DNA of 64,000 nucleotides from positions 166,357 through 230,356 of the forward strand of contig CAZNPH010000001.1 in NCBI GenBank assembly GCA_964574985.1, written 5' to 3'. Below, piece by piece: positions 18,240 through 30,360 of the stretch (position 1 is its first letter; each line of letters begins with the position of its first letter). Source of the DNA: an uncultured Bacteroidaceae bacterium (lineage in GTDB: Bacteria > Bacteroidota > Bacteroidia > Bacteroidales > SM23-62). A program made the position numbers and the translations under genes. Under the pieces are notes generated by a model. That model was not told where the DNA came from and did not search any database. It saw only the letters and a list, made by a program, of their open reading frames with translations.

Positions 18240-18662
18240 TTACAGGAACCTTTCACATCCCGAAAAAAAGAAATCCGTTTCAAATTCTGCATTTTTGTCG
18301 CTGTCTGATCCATGAACAGCGTTTCGCTGTAACGACTCAGCAAATTTTCTGCGTATGGTCCCTTCATCTGCGTCATCAGGATTGGTCGCACCGATCAGCT
18401 TCCGGTAACCTTCAACGGCATTGTCTTTTTTGAGCATGGCCACCACCACAGGACCCGAGGTAATAAAATCGACCAGCCCCTCAAAAAAAGGTTTGCTCCT
18501 GTGGACCGCATAAAATGCTTCAGCCTGCTCCCGGCTTATTCTGATCATTTTCATGGCGGCGATCTGGAATCCGGATTCGTTGACCATGGCCAGAATGGGG
18601 CCGGTATGTTGCTTTCTGACAGCCCCGGGTTTGATAATGGTGAGCGTTACATTCCCCTTCAT
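18240..18662 (-). CDS. ndk: Nucleoside-diphosphate kinase
   Basis: 140 aa. TLTIIKPGAV..., and active-site context NAVHGSDS. Confidence 0.92.
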   Translation of the reverse strand: MKGNVTLTIIKPGAVRKQHTGPILAMVNESGFQIAAMKMIRISREQAEAFYAVHRSKPFFEGLVDFITSGPVVVAMLKKDNAVEGYRKLIGATNPDDADEGTIRRKFAESLQRNAVHGSDSDKNAEFETDFFFSGCERFL

Positions 18663-18713
18663 GTGGTTGTATTTTGAAAAACAATCGTCGAAGATAGTAA
18701 ATTATTTATTTTT

Positions 18714-18721
18714 TATCTTTG
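18714..18721 (+). promoter_or_regulatory. -7 promoter box TATCTTTG (TAnnTTTG)
   Basis: Exact consensus match 41 nt upstream of ATG 18763. Confidence 0.4.
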
Positions 18722-18762
18722 CAGGTTCCGGAAATCCAAAATGTGCATAATTATCGACTGCA

Positions 18763-19773
18763 ATGCGTGACAACCAGATCAAAAAAATCGGCAAAATCCT
18801 GAAAAGCTCCAAAAAAGCATTCATCGTATCCCATACCAATCCGGACGGTGATGCAGCGGGCTCTTCACTGGGACTCTACTGGTATCTGGTAAAAAAAGGC
18901 ATTGCGCCAATGCTTGCCATGCCCAATGCCCTTCCCCATTTTCTGAAATGGCTTCCGGGAACGGAAAATATTCTCAATTTTTACAAGTATAAGACGAAAA
19001 TCGCGGAGGAAATATCATCTGCGGATATTATCTTCTGCCTGGATTTCAATGAGCTGAACCGCGCAGGCAATATGGAACACCTGATCAGGCAATCCAAAGC
19101 AAAAAAAGTGTTGATCGATCATCATCCGGGTCCCGAGGACTGTACCGATTTTGTTCTTTCCGATCCGAAGGCAAGTTCGACCGCAGAGCTGATTTTTTCT
19201 ATGATCAGCCATCTGAACGACCTTGATCTGATCGACCAGCAAATCGCGGTTTGTCTGTTTACAGGGATTATGACGGATACCGGTTGTTTCAATTACGGAA
19301 GTTCCCAGCCCGGCACTTACAGGGTGGTTGCAGAATTACTAAAACGCGGAATTGACAAGGATGCCATCTACCAGAAAGTTTATAATAATTTTTCCCCGGA
19401 CAGAATGCGGCTGCTGGGATACTGCCTGCACAGGAAATTGGTTGTCTTGCCCGAGTACAATACGGCATACATTACACTCACCCAGGAAGAAATCAAGCAA
19501 TTCGGGCATGTGAAAGGAGACACCGAAGGATTTGTAAATTATCCTTTTGCCATTAAAAATATTAAAGTGACTGCTTTTTTCGTTGAAAAAGAAAACCACA
19601 TCAATATCTCTTTTCGTTCACGTGGAAATTTCAGGATCAATGAATTTTCCAGGAAACATTTCAACGGAGGAGGACATGACAATGCTGCAGGGGGTGAATC
19701 ATTCAGCAGCCTCGATGAAACAGTTAAAAAATTTGTCAAACTTCTCCCGGAGTATTCAGAAGAAATAAAATGA
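18763..19773 (+). CDS. nrnA: DHH-family phosphoesterase (NrnA-like oligoribonuclease / pAp phosphatase)
   Basis: 336 aa. Motifs HTNPDGDAAGS, LIDHHPG and GGGHDNAAGG. Confidence 0.85.
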   Translation: MRDNQIKKIGKILKSSKKAFIVSHTNPDGDAAGSSLGLYWYLVKKGIAPMLAMPNALPHFLKWLPGTENILNFYKYKTKIAEEISSADIIFCLDFNELNRAGNMEHLIRQSKAKKVLIDHHPGPEDCTDFVLSDPKASSTAELIFSMISHLNDLDLIDQQIAVCLFTGIMTDTGCFNYGSSQPGTYRVVAELLKRGIDKDAIYQKVYNNFSPDRMRLLGYCLHRKLVVLPEYNTAYITLTQEEIKQFGHVKGDTEGFVNYPFAIKNIKVTAFFVEKENHINISFRSRGNFRINEFSRKHFNGGGHDNAAGGESFSSLDETVKKFVKLLPEYSEEIK

Positions 19774-20321
19774 GAACAAGCCCCGGAATATTGATTTGCT
19801 TATTTCTTCTTGTTTCCTTTTATTTTTGGCAGGGCTGCAAACAGGAACAACCTGCCAACCCCGGGTCCGGCACGGAAAACATAAAGGAACAAAAGAAGAA
19901 CCTTTTGAAAGCCAACCGTTTCCTCGTCCGCAAGGATACCGAGCTCATCAACAGCTATGCAGAAAGAAGGGGTTGGAAACTATCAAGAACAGAAAACGGC
20001 TTGTATTACATGATCATGGAAACGGGCCATGGTCCGAAACCGGAAGAAGGAACCCGCGTTACCATGCATTATTCGATCAGTTTGCTGGACGGTACTTTAT
20101 GCTACCGGTCCGATTCATCAAATCCGAAAAAATTTGTGGTGGGAAAAAGCAAGGTAGAATCCGGTCTGGACACAGGGATCAGAATGCTGAAAGAAGGAGC
20201 AAGGGCAAGATTCATTCTGCCGCCCCATCTGGCGTACGGATTGCTGGGAGACGAGGGGAAGATCCCTCCCCGGTCGGTCATCGTATATGAAATTGAACTG
20301 ATAAAAGTCAGCGATCATTGA
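19770..20321 (+). CDS. FKBP-type peptidyl-prolyl cis-trans isomerase, lipoprotein
   Basis: 183 aa. Lipobox WQGC. FKBP core (VTMHYSISLLDGT...RFILPPHLAYG). ATGA overlap with the upstream gene. Confidence 0.85.
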   Translation: MRTSPGILICLFLLVSFYFWQGCKQEQPANPGSGTENIKEQKKNLLKANRFLVRKDTELINSYAERRGWKLSRTENGLYYMIMETGHGPKPEEGTRVTMHYSISLLDGTLCYRSDSSNPKKFVVGKSKVESGLDTGIRMLKEGARARFILPPHLAYGLLGDEGKIPPRSVIVYEIELIKVSDH

Positions 20322-21187
20322 ATATGCCGGCAAGATACACCCTGTTGATTTTGTTGTTTTTAACCGGTTCATGCAGGTATATCGGCAGATACCCCGGTTT
20401 TTCAAAAACCGGCTCCGGCTGTTATTTCAAACTGCATAAAATAGGAGAACCGGAAAAAACGGCCGGTAACAGTGACCTGCTGACCCTGAGGCTGTCTTTC
20501 AGGACCATGAATGACAGCCTGTTTTTCGAAGGAAAAAAAAGGATCATGATGCCGGAAAAAATTCTTCCGGGAACATTTCATGAATGCCTGGGTTTTCTGC
20601 ATCAGGGCGACAGCGCAAGTTTTATTGTTCCATATTCTTTCCTGCAGCGCCCCGGTTCCCTTTCTTCCCATCCCCATCCGGCCGGGGAAGATGATCCCGT
20701 AAGAATCGACGTGTCAGTGGTCCGTACACAATCCCGTAAAGAATATGAAAACGAAATCCACGCCTTGCTGAAATGGGCAGAAGACATGGAATTATTTGAA
20801 AAAGAAATCCTTGAACAATATGTAAACCAAAAGCTTCCTGCACTCAAACTGAATGATTCCGGATTTTATCTGCTTACACTGAAAAAAGGAAACGGCCACA
20901 AAATCCATCATGGAGATACCATCACCATACATTATGAAGGGCGGTTCCTCAACGGCAAATTTTTTGATTCGACCGTAAAAAGAAAAAAGCCGTTCACATT
21001 TGTTTACGGAGTGGAATGGCAGGTGGTTGACGGACTCGAAGGGGCCATTGGAATGATGGAAGAAAAACAGAAATGCCTCTGCATATTTCCTTCGGATATG
21101 GCTTTTGGATCGGAGGGTTCGGAAACGGGCATCGTTCCGCCCTATACATCCCTGATGTATGAAATTGAAATATTGGAAGTAAATTGA
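20318..21187 (+). CDS. FKBP-type peptidyl-prolyl isomerase, lipoprotein
   Basis: 289 aa. Lipobox LTGSC. C-terminal FKBP domain (ITIHYEGRFLNGKFFDS...IFPSDMAFG). Confidence 0.8.
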   Translation: MNMPARYTLLILLFLTGSCRYIGRYPGFSKTGSGCYFKLHKIGEPEKTAGNSDLLTLRLSFRTMNDSLFFEGKKRIMMPEKILPGTFHECLGFLHQGDSASFIVPYSFLQRPGSLSSHPHPAGEDDPVRIDVSVVRTQSRKEYENEIHALLKWAEDMELFEKEILEQYVNQKLPALKLNDSGFYLLTLKKGNGHKIHHGDTITIHYEGRFLNGKFFDSTVKRKKPFTFVYGVEWQVVDGLEGAIGMMEEKQKCLCIFPSDMAFGSEGSETGIVPPYTSLMYEIEILEVN

Positions 21188-21216
21188 TTAACTTTGCCAA
21201 ACAAACAACAAACATC

Positions 21217-22152
21217 ATGAGAAAGAAGAATTGGACAGGTTATTTGTTTTATGCCGGGTTGTTTACAATGCTTTTGTTCGCTGCATGCAATGAAGAACCC
21301 AGTAACGAGGAACAGGAGGAGGAACTCAGGAAACTGAAAGCCTATCTTGAAGAGAACAACATAACCCAGGACCCCACGGAGTCCGGAATGTATTATCTTG
21401 AGATCGAACCGGGTAACGGGTCCACCTACCCGGCAGATGACGATTACGTGGAATTCGAGTTCGTTGCACAACTCATCGACGGGACGATATTTGCCACCAG
21501 CAATGAGACCATTGCCGAAAATGCAGGTATATATGACCCGGACAATATATACGGTCCCATAAGGTACCAATTGGGGCAGATGATGCCCGGACTCGCAGAA
21601 GGGATCTCATATATGAGCGAAGGGGGCCTGGCCCGTCTGATCATCCCTTCGGACCTGGCACTGGGTTCCAGTTACACGATCACCGTACCTCCATATTCGA
21701 CACTGATCTATGACATTGAGCTGACAGAGGTGATCTCTGATCCTGATCAGTACGAAAGGCAACAAATCCAGGCTTACCTGGATTCCAACAATATTGATGT
21801 GGATTCCACTTCAACCGGACTCTACTATATTGAGAACGAATTGGGAACGGGTGAACAGGTTGAAAACGGCACTACCGTCACCATATGGTATACGGGCTAC
21901 TATCTGGATGGGAGGGTTTTTGATTCCAATATCGACGGGTCGGCGTTCATTGTCTCGCTGCCCGCTGAAAACCTGATCGATGGTTGGTCAGAAGGATTAA
22001 AGCTGATGAAAGAAGGAGGAAAAGCCACATTGATCGTTCCCTACTATCTTGCCTATGGTCAGGAAGGATACCTTGACAACAAGGGAAGAACCATCGTCCC
22101 CCCCTACATGACCCTCCTGTTTGATGTATGGGTTGCGGATGTGAGCAAATAA
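21217..22152 (+). CDS. FKBP-type peptidyl-prolyl isomerase with two FKBP domains, lipoprotein
   Basis: Start at ATG 21217 (MRKKNWTG...LFAAC lipobox). Two FKBP-like segments (VEFEFVAQLIDGTIF...; VTIWYTGYYLDGRVFDS...). Confidence 0.85.
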   Translation: MRKKNWTGYLFYAGLFTMLLFAACNEEPSNEEQEEELRKLKAYLEENNITQDPTESGMYYLEIEPGNGSTYPADDDYVEFEFVAQLIDGTIFATSNETIAENAGIYDPDNIYGPIRYQLGQMMPGLAEGISYMSEGGLARLIIPSDLALGSSYTITVPPYSTLIYDIELTEVISDPDQYERQQIQAYLDSNNIDVDSTSTGLYYIENELGTGEQVENGTTVTIWYTGYYLDGRVFDSNIDGSAFIVSLPAENLIDGWSEGLKLMKEGGKATLIVPYYLAYGQEGYLDNKGRTIVPPYMTLLFDVWVADVSK

Positions 22153-22156
22153 TCCC

Positions 22157-22861
22157 TTACGAGTGCATCAAAAAAACAGAAGGGCGCCTGTCAATGTCCG
22201 GACTTTCCTTTTTCCATTCGCCAATGGTCATGGTGTGAATGGATTCGGTTTCCAGACTTATGTCGGTTGCGATGCAAAGCATGGTTGCGGATTTGCATAC
22301 TTCTGTTATTATATCAAACAACCGCATATTCCTGTAGGGAGTTTCCATGAAGATCTGGGTTTGCTTTTCTCTGGCAGAAATGATTTCCAGCTTCTTCAAT
22401 TTGGGAATGAGAAGATGCTTTTTAACCGGCAGGTACCCTTGAAAAGCAAAATACTGCCCGTTGAGTCCGGATGCCATAAGTGCCAGCAAAACAGAAGAAG
22501 GTCCCACCAGGGGCACCACAGGGTAATTCATTTGATGTGCTTTCATGATGACCCCAGAACCCGGATCGGCCACTGCAGGTACACCCGCCTCGGACAACAA
22601 ACCCACGCTCTCACCCCTGGAGAGGGGATTCAGAAATGTTTCATATTCTTCTTCCTGTGTATACTTATCCAGCACGCAGAAGTGGAGTTCATCCACGGAC
22701 TTGCCGATGCCTGTCCTGATCAGGAACCTGCGGGCTGAACGAACTTTCTCAACAATAAAATGATCGACGCCTTGTATGATCTTCTTATGATAAGGAGGAA
22801 AATTTTTTTCGGGCGGACTGTCACCCAGGGTGACCGGGATCAGGTAAAGCGATGGTTTCAT
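22157..22861 (-). CDS. SAM-dependent methyltransferase, tetrapyrrole-methylase (RsmI-like) superfamily
   Basis: 234 aa. LYLIPVTLGD..., SEAGVPAVADPG and GPSSVLLALMASG are typical of the TP-methylase fold. TATCTTTG -7 box on the minus strand at 22887..22880. Confidence 0.78.
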   Translation of the reverse strand: MKPSLYLIPVTLGDSPPEKNFPPYHKKIIQGVDHFIVEKVRSARRFLIRTGIGKSVDELHFCVLDKYTQEEEYETFLNPLSRGESVGLLSEAGVPAVADPGSGVIMKAHQMNYPVVPLVGPSSVLLALMASGLNGQYFAFQGYLPVKKHLLIPKLKKLEIISAREKQTQIFMETPYRNMRLFDIITEVCKSATMLCIATDISLETESIHTMTIGEWKKESPDIDRRPSVFLMHS

Positions 22862-23158
22862 CTCCGGTTTGATTTACTGCAAAGATAAACAAGGAAGCCC
22901 AAAACTTTCAGATTACTGACCTTTTCAATATTTTTATTCATTTCAACCTGTATCACATTGCTTATTGCCCGGACAATAGAAGGGCCCGGTTTGACATGGT
23001 GAATTGTTGGGGAATATTCCCGTGGCCCACCGCCGTGCGCCGGGCAGGTGGTCATGAACCGCTTTCAATAGGTCTGAAAGGTCCCCTGACTTTGTACAGG
23101 ATCAAAAAACCGGGAATAAACAAATCCGCCGGCACCGGGAAAGGAAATCCGCAAAGAC

Positions 23159-24025
23159 CTATTCAGGGGGTACCCAGAAATCCTCCGGGCGGAGTCCGCA
23201 TACATCGATCATATCCAGTCCGTACTCCAGATACCCCAGGTCCGGACCTCCGTTGTTGGTGCCGAAGGTGAACTTTACACCCGCTTCTTTTGCCATTTTG
23301 ATGATCCCGGGCGAGGGCAGCTTCAACCGTACACCAATCTCCAGGGCTACATCGTTCTCTTTCAATGCAGCGATGACCGGCCGGATCCGTTCTTCGGTCC
23401 ATAATTCATTATACCGGTCAGTAATTACTTTGGGAAGATAGGTTGCATTTACATATATATCGATGGGTTCAGTATTGACTATGTTCACGATCTGATCCAC
23501 CAGATAATCCATAAAAGCCTGGGGATCCCCGATATGCACCTCATCTTCAACCCAAAGCCGCGTCCTCCGGCCTTCGGCATCATGAAAGGTCATTGCGTCG
23601 GTAAAAACATAATCATACAATTCCACGGTATCCATAGACACGATTGAAATCCATTCCCGGCCTTCCGCCTGCACAGCATGATAAACCGGATAATGCTTGT
23701 GAGCATGATAATAGGCGCTCAATGCAGAATCGGAATGTACCGGGAATCCTTTGCCGCAATTGATGGCAACGCCATATTCAATGCCGGTTCGTTCGGAATG
23801 TTCGAGCAATTGCTCCATGGTGAGTCCGCCCTTCAGATGCGCGTGCAGATCCATGACCGGATACCCCTGCTTCTTCAATGAGTCGATCCGCTGAATCAGC
23901 AAGCCGGCACCGGACCCGTTTTTAACCGGACTTTTGCATGCAATGGATACAAAGACGTATAATCCCGCGATAAGCCATATTGCTGCCGGGATCCTCTTTG
24001 TGTGTGTCTTTTTTTTGCTTCTCAT
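23159..24025 (-). CDS. Hypothetical membrane-anchored metal-dependent hydrolase (PHP/amidohydrolase-like)
   Basis: Start moved to ATG 24025 (MRSKKKTHTKRIPAAIWLIAGL...). VMDLHAHLKGG resembles the PHP-type DLHxH motif. Functional assignment is weak. Confidence 0.5.
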   Translation of the reverse strand: MRSKKKTHTKRIPAAIWLIAGLYVFVSIACKSPVKNGSGAGLLIQRIDSLKKQGYPVMDLHAHLKGGLTMEQLLEHSERTGIEYGVAINCGKGFPVHSDSALSAYYHAHKHYPVYHAVQAEGREWISIVSMDTVELYDYVFTDAMTFHDAEGRRTRLWVEDEVHIGDPQAFMDYLVDQIVNIVNTEPIDIYVNATYLPKVITDRYNELWTEERIRPVIAALKENDVALEIGVRLKLPSPGIIKMAKEAGVKFTFGTNNGGPDLGYLEYGLDMIDVCGLRPEDFWVPPE

Positions 24026-24074
24026 AAATGAAAGGAATTTATTATGGTCCGTTATCAACTCAATGGATGAAAGC

Positions 24075-25970
24075 TTATTTTTTGGGAACCTGTACCCCGC
24101 GCTGCCTGGCCATTTCTTCAAGCCTTTTTTGGAATTTGGATTGCTTTTTCGGCTTCTTCTGGTTTGTCTTCATTTTTTTTCGCAGTTCATCCTCATCAAT
24201 GTATTGTTTGAACAGGGCATTTTGACCGAAGGTGATCAGATTGGCAAGAAAATAATAATAGGTCAGCGCTGCTGAAAAATTGTTGAGGATGAACATGAAC
24301 ATAACGGGCATAATATACATCATGCTTTTCATTCCCGGCATCTGGCTGCTGGAAGGCGTGGACTGATTGCTGATCCGCATGCTGATAATGGTGGAAGCAG
24401 TCATCAGTATGGTAAACAAACTGACATGGTCACCATAAAACGGGATGTTGAAAGGCAGATCCAGGATGCTGTCGTAAGTGGACAGATCCTGTGCCCATAA
24501 AAAGCTTTCCTGCCTGAGTTCAATGGAAGTTGGGAAAAACCTGAACATGGCAAAAAGGATGGGAAACTGCAAAAGCATGGGCAGGCATCCTCCGAGCGGA
24601 CTCACACCGGCTTTTTTATACAGGGCCATGGTGGCCTGTTGCCTTTGCATGGCTTTGTCCTTGGGAATCTTCTTGTTGATCTCATCAATCTCGGGCTTCA
24701 ACACCCGCATCTTTGCCTGTGACAAATAAGAACGGTATGTCAGCGGGAACAGCAATACCTTGATCATGATGGTCAGCAAAAGGATGATGATCCCGTAACT
24801 GTCAATAAACCCACTCAGAAAATTAAAAACCGGGATGATCAGGTAACGGTTAATGGCTGTACTGATAAAACCACCCAGGGAAACCAGTTCCTGCAATTCC
24901 ATACCGTGTTTCTTCAGGGTCTGAAAATGATTGGGACCGAAATAAAAATGCAGGGGGGTCTTTGTTTCCGATCCGGCAGAATATGGCACACCCAGCTTTG
25001 TGGCAAACCGCTTGAGGTATTGCTGTGAATCTTCAAGGTCCACCGATTGAACCGTTCCGTTCAAAAAATGCTCTCCTGCTATCAATACGGAAGAGAAAAA
25101 TTGTTGTTTGAAGGCAACCCATTTCAGGCCGGTAGGAATGTCCTCCTCCTGGATCTCCTTGTTGCTCCTGCCCCTGAAATGATCTACCTCATCCTTATGA
25201 TGCTTGTAATATATGGTCGTATAATTGTTCTCATTCTGCCGCCCTTTTTCAAGGCCGGGTACAAAAACCTCCCAGTTCAGATCAATGTAATTGATATTGG
25301 AAGATATGACCTCCTGCATGTTTTTCATCCGGATGCTGCAATCCAGCATGTATTTGCCGGGGTACATGGTATAAACATACTCGAGGAACCTCCCTTCCCC
25401 GGCATTCAGTCTCATCACCAGGCTGCGGGGATCATTTTCCACCCGGATCTTCCGCTCATCCGTACGGGGGGCGAAAAACAGCTCATTGGTTGCAATGCTA
25501 CGGTTCTGGGCAAAGAAATTCATTCCGAATACCGTGGAATCCCCGTCAAAAAGGATCAGGGGCAATGAATCGTGTGTTTTGTATTTTTTCAGTTCGACCG
25601 ACCAGATACGCCCCCCTTTGCTGGCCACCTCCACTTTCATCAGGTCATTCTCCATGGTGATGAATTCCTGATCACCGGTGGCCGATTCGGCAAATACACC
25701 CCAGAGGCTTTTTAACCGATCCCTGTCCACGCTGTCCTTTTTAACACCCGCCTCCTGTTCTTTCTGCACAACCGGTTCCTTCCGGGGCTTTTCCTTCTGC
25801 ACGCCGGTTGCACCGGGCATAGTGTCCGTTTGCTCCTGCCGGACCAGTTCGAGTGAATCAGCCCGGCGTCTTGCTTCCTTCAGTTCTTCTCTTGAAGGTC
25901 TGGTCAGGAGACTATAGCCAATCAGTATGACGGCGATAAGTATGATCCCTATAATCGAATTTCTGTCCAT
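24075..25970 (-). CDS. yidC: Membrane protein insertase YidC
   Basis: 631 aa. N-terminal TM, large periplasmic domain, a conserved C-terminal core (PLGGCLPMLLQFPILFAMF) and a basic tail. yidC-pyrG adjacency. Confidence 0.92.
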   Translation of the reverse strand: MDRNSIIGIILIAVILIGYSLLTRPSREELKEARRRADSLELVRQEQTDTMPGATGVQKEKPRKEPVVQKEQEAGVKKDSVDRDRLKSLWGVFAESATGDQEFITMENDLMKVEVASKGGRIWSVELKKYKTHDSLPLILFDGDSTVFGMNFFAQNRSIATNELFFAPRTDERKIRVENDPRSLVMRLNAGEGRFLEYVYTMYPGKYMLDCSIRMKNMQEVISSNINYIDLNWEVFVPGLEKGRQNENNYTTIYYKHHKDEVDHFRGRSNKEIQEEDIPTGLKWVAFKQQFFSSVLIAGEHFLNGTVQSVDLEDSQQYLKRFATKLGVPYSAGSETKTPLHFYFGPNHFQTLKKHGMELQELVSLGGFISTAINRYLIIPVFNFLSGFIDSYGIIILLLTIMIKVLLFPLTYRSYLSQAKMRVLKPEIDEINKKIPKDKAMQRQQATMALYKKAGVSPLGGCLPMLLQFPILFAMFRFFPTSIELRQESFLWAQDLSTYDSILDLPFNIPFYGDHVSLFTILMTASTIISMRISNQSTPSSSQMPGMKSMMYIMPVMFMFILNNFSAALTYYYFLANLITFGQNALFKQYIDEDELRKKMKTNQKKPKKQSKFQKRLEEMARQRGVQVPKK

Positions 25971-26009
25971 TGTCTTTCTGTGAAGATAAAAATAGATTTA
26001 AATGATGTG

Positions 26010-27686
<1,677 letters not shown>

Positions 27687-27696
27687 TCAAACTTAA

Positions 27697-29556
27697 TTAT
27701 CGATGGTCTGAATTCATGGAATCGATCATTTCAATTTTCGATTCCAGCAGTTCAATATCATTTCTTGCCTTGCTGATCTTTTTCTTAACTTCCGCAATTA
27801 AGGATTCGGCCTTTTTTGTATCTGCAAAAAACCCCACGTTGTTTTCCCATACGACCATATCGTTTTTCAATTGCTGCAATCTGCTGGCATGTTTTTCCCT
27901 TTCCTGCTGAAGCTTCAATCCTGCTTTCGGCTTCTGGACAATGCTGTGAAGTTTTGTACGGTATTTAAGGCGGTCCTTCTTCTGATCCTCGATGTCGAGA
28001 TTATCATACTGACGATTCAGCGCATCCCGGTACTTTTTCTGTATTTCATTTTTCTTTTCCCGCGGCACGTATCCGATTTCCTTCCAGTTTTTCTGTAACT
28101 CGTTCAGTTTCCTGAAATCCTTATCGGCGTCATCGCCAAGCTCAAGTGCATCCATTTCCCTGATCAGTTCTTCTTTCTTTTTCATATTTTCTTCATAAGA
28201 CTGGTCAATGGTTTTGTAATGATCTGATTTCCTGTTAAAAAAGTAATCACAGGCTGCCCTGAAACGTTTCCATATCTTTTCCGAATCCTTTTTGGGGACC
28301 GGACCGGTCTCTTTCCATTTGCGCTGAAGGTTGATCAGATCCGTGGTGGTTTTTTTCCAGTCAGTACTGTCCATAATGGATTCTGCCTTTTCACATATAA
28401 TCTTTTTCTCCTCAAGGTTCTGCAATTGCAATTCCTTGTTCTGTGCGTAGAACTCGCGTTTCCTGTTGAAGAAATCATCACAGGCCTTCCGGAAACGTTC
28501 ATAGATCTCATTGTTGTATTTCCTGGGTGTAAAACCAATGGTCCTCCATCCCTTTTGTAAACCGATCACCTTTTTTGAATATTGATCCCATTCCTTGTGA
28601 GTGGCCGGTTCTTTCCCGTTGATGGCTTCAACCTCTTCACACAAGGCGGTTTTCTTTTCAAGGTTGTTCTCCTGTTTCAGTCTGAGCTCTTCGTAGAATT
28701 TCTGATGTTTCTTATTGATTTGTGAAGTGGAATTTTTGAACCGTTGCCACATCTCCTCCCGCAATTTTCTGGGTACAGGTCCGGTTTCCCTCCATTTTTC
28801 GTGATATTTCTGAAGGGTCTTAAAGGCATTGACGACGTTGGGTTCCTCCAGAAGTCTTTCCGCCTTCCCGCAGAGCTTTTCCTTGATTTCAAGATTCTTC
28901 TTGAAATCAAGGTCCCTCAGCTCCTTGTTGATCTTAATGTAATCGTAAAACTTTTCAACATGGTGGTTATAGGTTCCCCATATGTTCCTGACATTCTTTT
29001 GCGGTATGGGACCGGCTTCTCTCCATTGCCTCTGCAGTTCATGAAACTCCTGAAAGGTCTTATTGATGGATTCCTTGGTATTAACCAGGGCCTTGATGTC
29101 TTCGATGATCCGGAGCCTTTCCTGAAGGTTCTCTTTTTTTTCTTTTTCAATGCTCCGGTTGTATTCGGACTTGAGTTCCTTGTATTTTTTAAACAATTCC
29201 TGAAACTGTTCTTCCAGGGGATCAGGAAGTGGTTGAAAATCCTCAAGATCATTTCCGTCCTCAACAAATGCCTTCCGTTTTTTTTCCGTTTCAGCCTTCA
29301 GCTTCTTGTAAAAATTGATCTTGATGACGTCGGCATGGTCGATAAATTCCCTGACCGGCTTGCCATTGATCAGGTCCTTTAGTGATTTGACCAGTTCTTC
29401 CCTTGTCATTGAGCTGTAATCCGCTTTCTGATCATCCCTTTGATCCGTAACACTCCCCCCGGGCAAGGACACATTCACGTCGTTTTCAGGAATCTCTTCC
29501 TGCTTCCCGGATTGTTTATCATGAACCCTGTTTTGCAGGTCAGTCATGTCGATCAT
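27697..29556 (-). CDS. DUF349 repeat protein
   Basis: 619 aa. Five repeats of the W(R/K)ExGP(V/I)P(R/K)K-type motif in a highly charged helical protein. Confidence 0.8.
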   Translation of the reverse strand: MIDMTDLQNRVHDKQSGKQEEIPENDVNVSLPGGSVTDQRDDQKADYSSMTREELVKSLKDLINGKPVREFIDHADVIKINFYKKLKAETEKKRKAFVEDGNDLEDFQPLPDPLEEQFQELFKKYKELKSEYNRSIEKEKKENLQERLRIIEDIKALVNTKESINKTFQEFHELQRQWREAGPIPQKNVRNIWGTYNHHVEKFYDYIKINKELRDLDFKKNLEIKEKLCGKAERLLEEPNVVNAFKTLQKYHEKWRETGPVPRKLREEMWQRFKNSTSQINKKHQKFYEELRLKQENNLEKKTALCEEVEAINGKEPATHKEWDQYSKKVIGLQKGWRTIGFTPRKYNNEIYERFRKACDDFFNRKREFYAQNKELQLQNLEEKKIICEKAESIMDSTDWKKTTTDLINLQRKWKETGPVPKKDSEKIWKRFRAACDYFFNRKSDHYKTIDQSYEENMKKKEELIREMDALELGDDADKDFRKLNELQKNWKEIGYVPREKKNEIQKKYRDALNRQYDNLDIEDQKKDRLKYRTKLHSIVQKPKAGLKLQQEREKHASRLQQLKNDMVVWENNVGFFADTKKAESLIAEVKKKISKARNDIELLESKIEMIDSMNSDHR

Positions 29557-29653
29557 TTATAATCCAGTATTCCGGTCTGAACTATGCGAAAATAGACAAT
29601 TAACCAGTTTAGTCAAAATTTTTTGATGTTTTCGCCCTGCCGGTTGAATTTGC

Positions 29654-29661
29654 TACTTTTG
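29654..29661 (+). promoter_or_regulatory. -7 promoter box TACTTTTG (TAnnTTTG) for trmD
   Basis: Exact consensus match 17 nt upstream of ATG 29679. Confidence 0.4.
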
Positions 29662-29678
29662 TATAAACCAGAACAAAA

Positions 29679-30356
29679 ATGCGAATCGATATCATTACGG
29701 TCCTTCCCGGAATTCTGGAAGGCCCCCTGAATCTTTCCATACTTGAACGGGCCCGGAAAAAGGGACTTGCAGAAATACATGTTCATGATCTGCGAAATTA
29801 TGCACAAAACAAACACCGTAAGGTGGATGACTATCCTTTTGGCGGTGAAGCAGGCATGGTCATGGGTATCGGCCCCATCGACCGGGCCATTTCCGATCTG
29901 AAAAACCAGCGGGATTATGATGAAATCATTTATCCAACACCAGACGGTATCCGGTTTGATCAGAAAGTTGCCAACCGGATTTCCACACAGGAGAACATCA
30001 TGATCATCTGCGGACATTACAAAGGAATTGATCAGCGCGCCAGGGATCACCTGATCACCCTGGAATTGTCGGTGGGTGATTTTGTGGTTACGGGAGGTGA
30101 AATACCGGCTGCACTCATTACAGATGCCGTGGTCCGGTTAATTCCCGGGGTTATCTCAGATGAAACTTCCGCCCTGACCGACTCCTTTCAGGACAATCTC
30201 CTTGCCCCTCCGGTATATACCCGTCCTGCAGAATACAAGGGCTGGAAAGTACCTGCAATCCTGCTGTCAGGAAATAAACAGGCCATTGACCACTGGAAAC
30301 TGGAAGAGGCAGAAAAAAAGACCAGGGAACTCCGCCCCGACCTTCCGGATGAATAG
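29679..30356 (+). CDS. trmD: tRNA (guanine37-N1)-methyltransferase
   Basis: 225 aa. [18 protein letters not shown]..., [13 protein letters not shown] and [11 protein letters not shown] are typical TrmD. Confidence 0.93.
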   Translation: MRIDIITVLPGILEGPLNLSILERARKKGLAEIHVHDLRNYAQNKHRKVDDYPFGGEAGMVMGIGPIDRAISDLKNQRDYDEIIYPTPDGIRFDQKVANRISTQENIMIICGHYKGIDQRARDHLITLELSVGDFVVTGGEIPAALITDAVVRLIPGVISDETSALTDSFQDNLLAPPVYTRPAEYKGWKVPAILLSGNKQAIDHWKLEEAEKKTRELRPDLPDE

Positions 30357-30360
30357 AAAC

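Noticed and set aside
22996-23271. 91-aa plus-strand ORF in the 22862-23158 gap that extends into the 3' end of the hydrolase-like gene.
   Set aside because: It has an Arg/Gly/Pro-rich composition, overlaps a better-supported minus-strand gene, and has no start context. Likely spurious.
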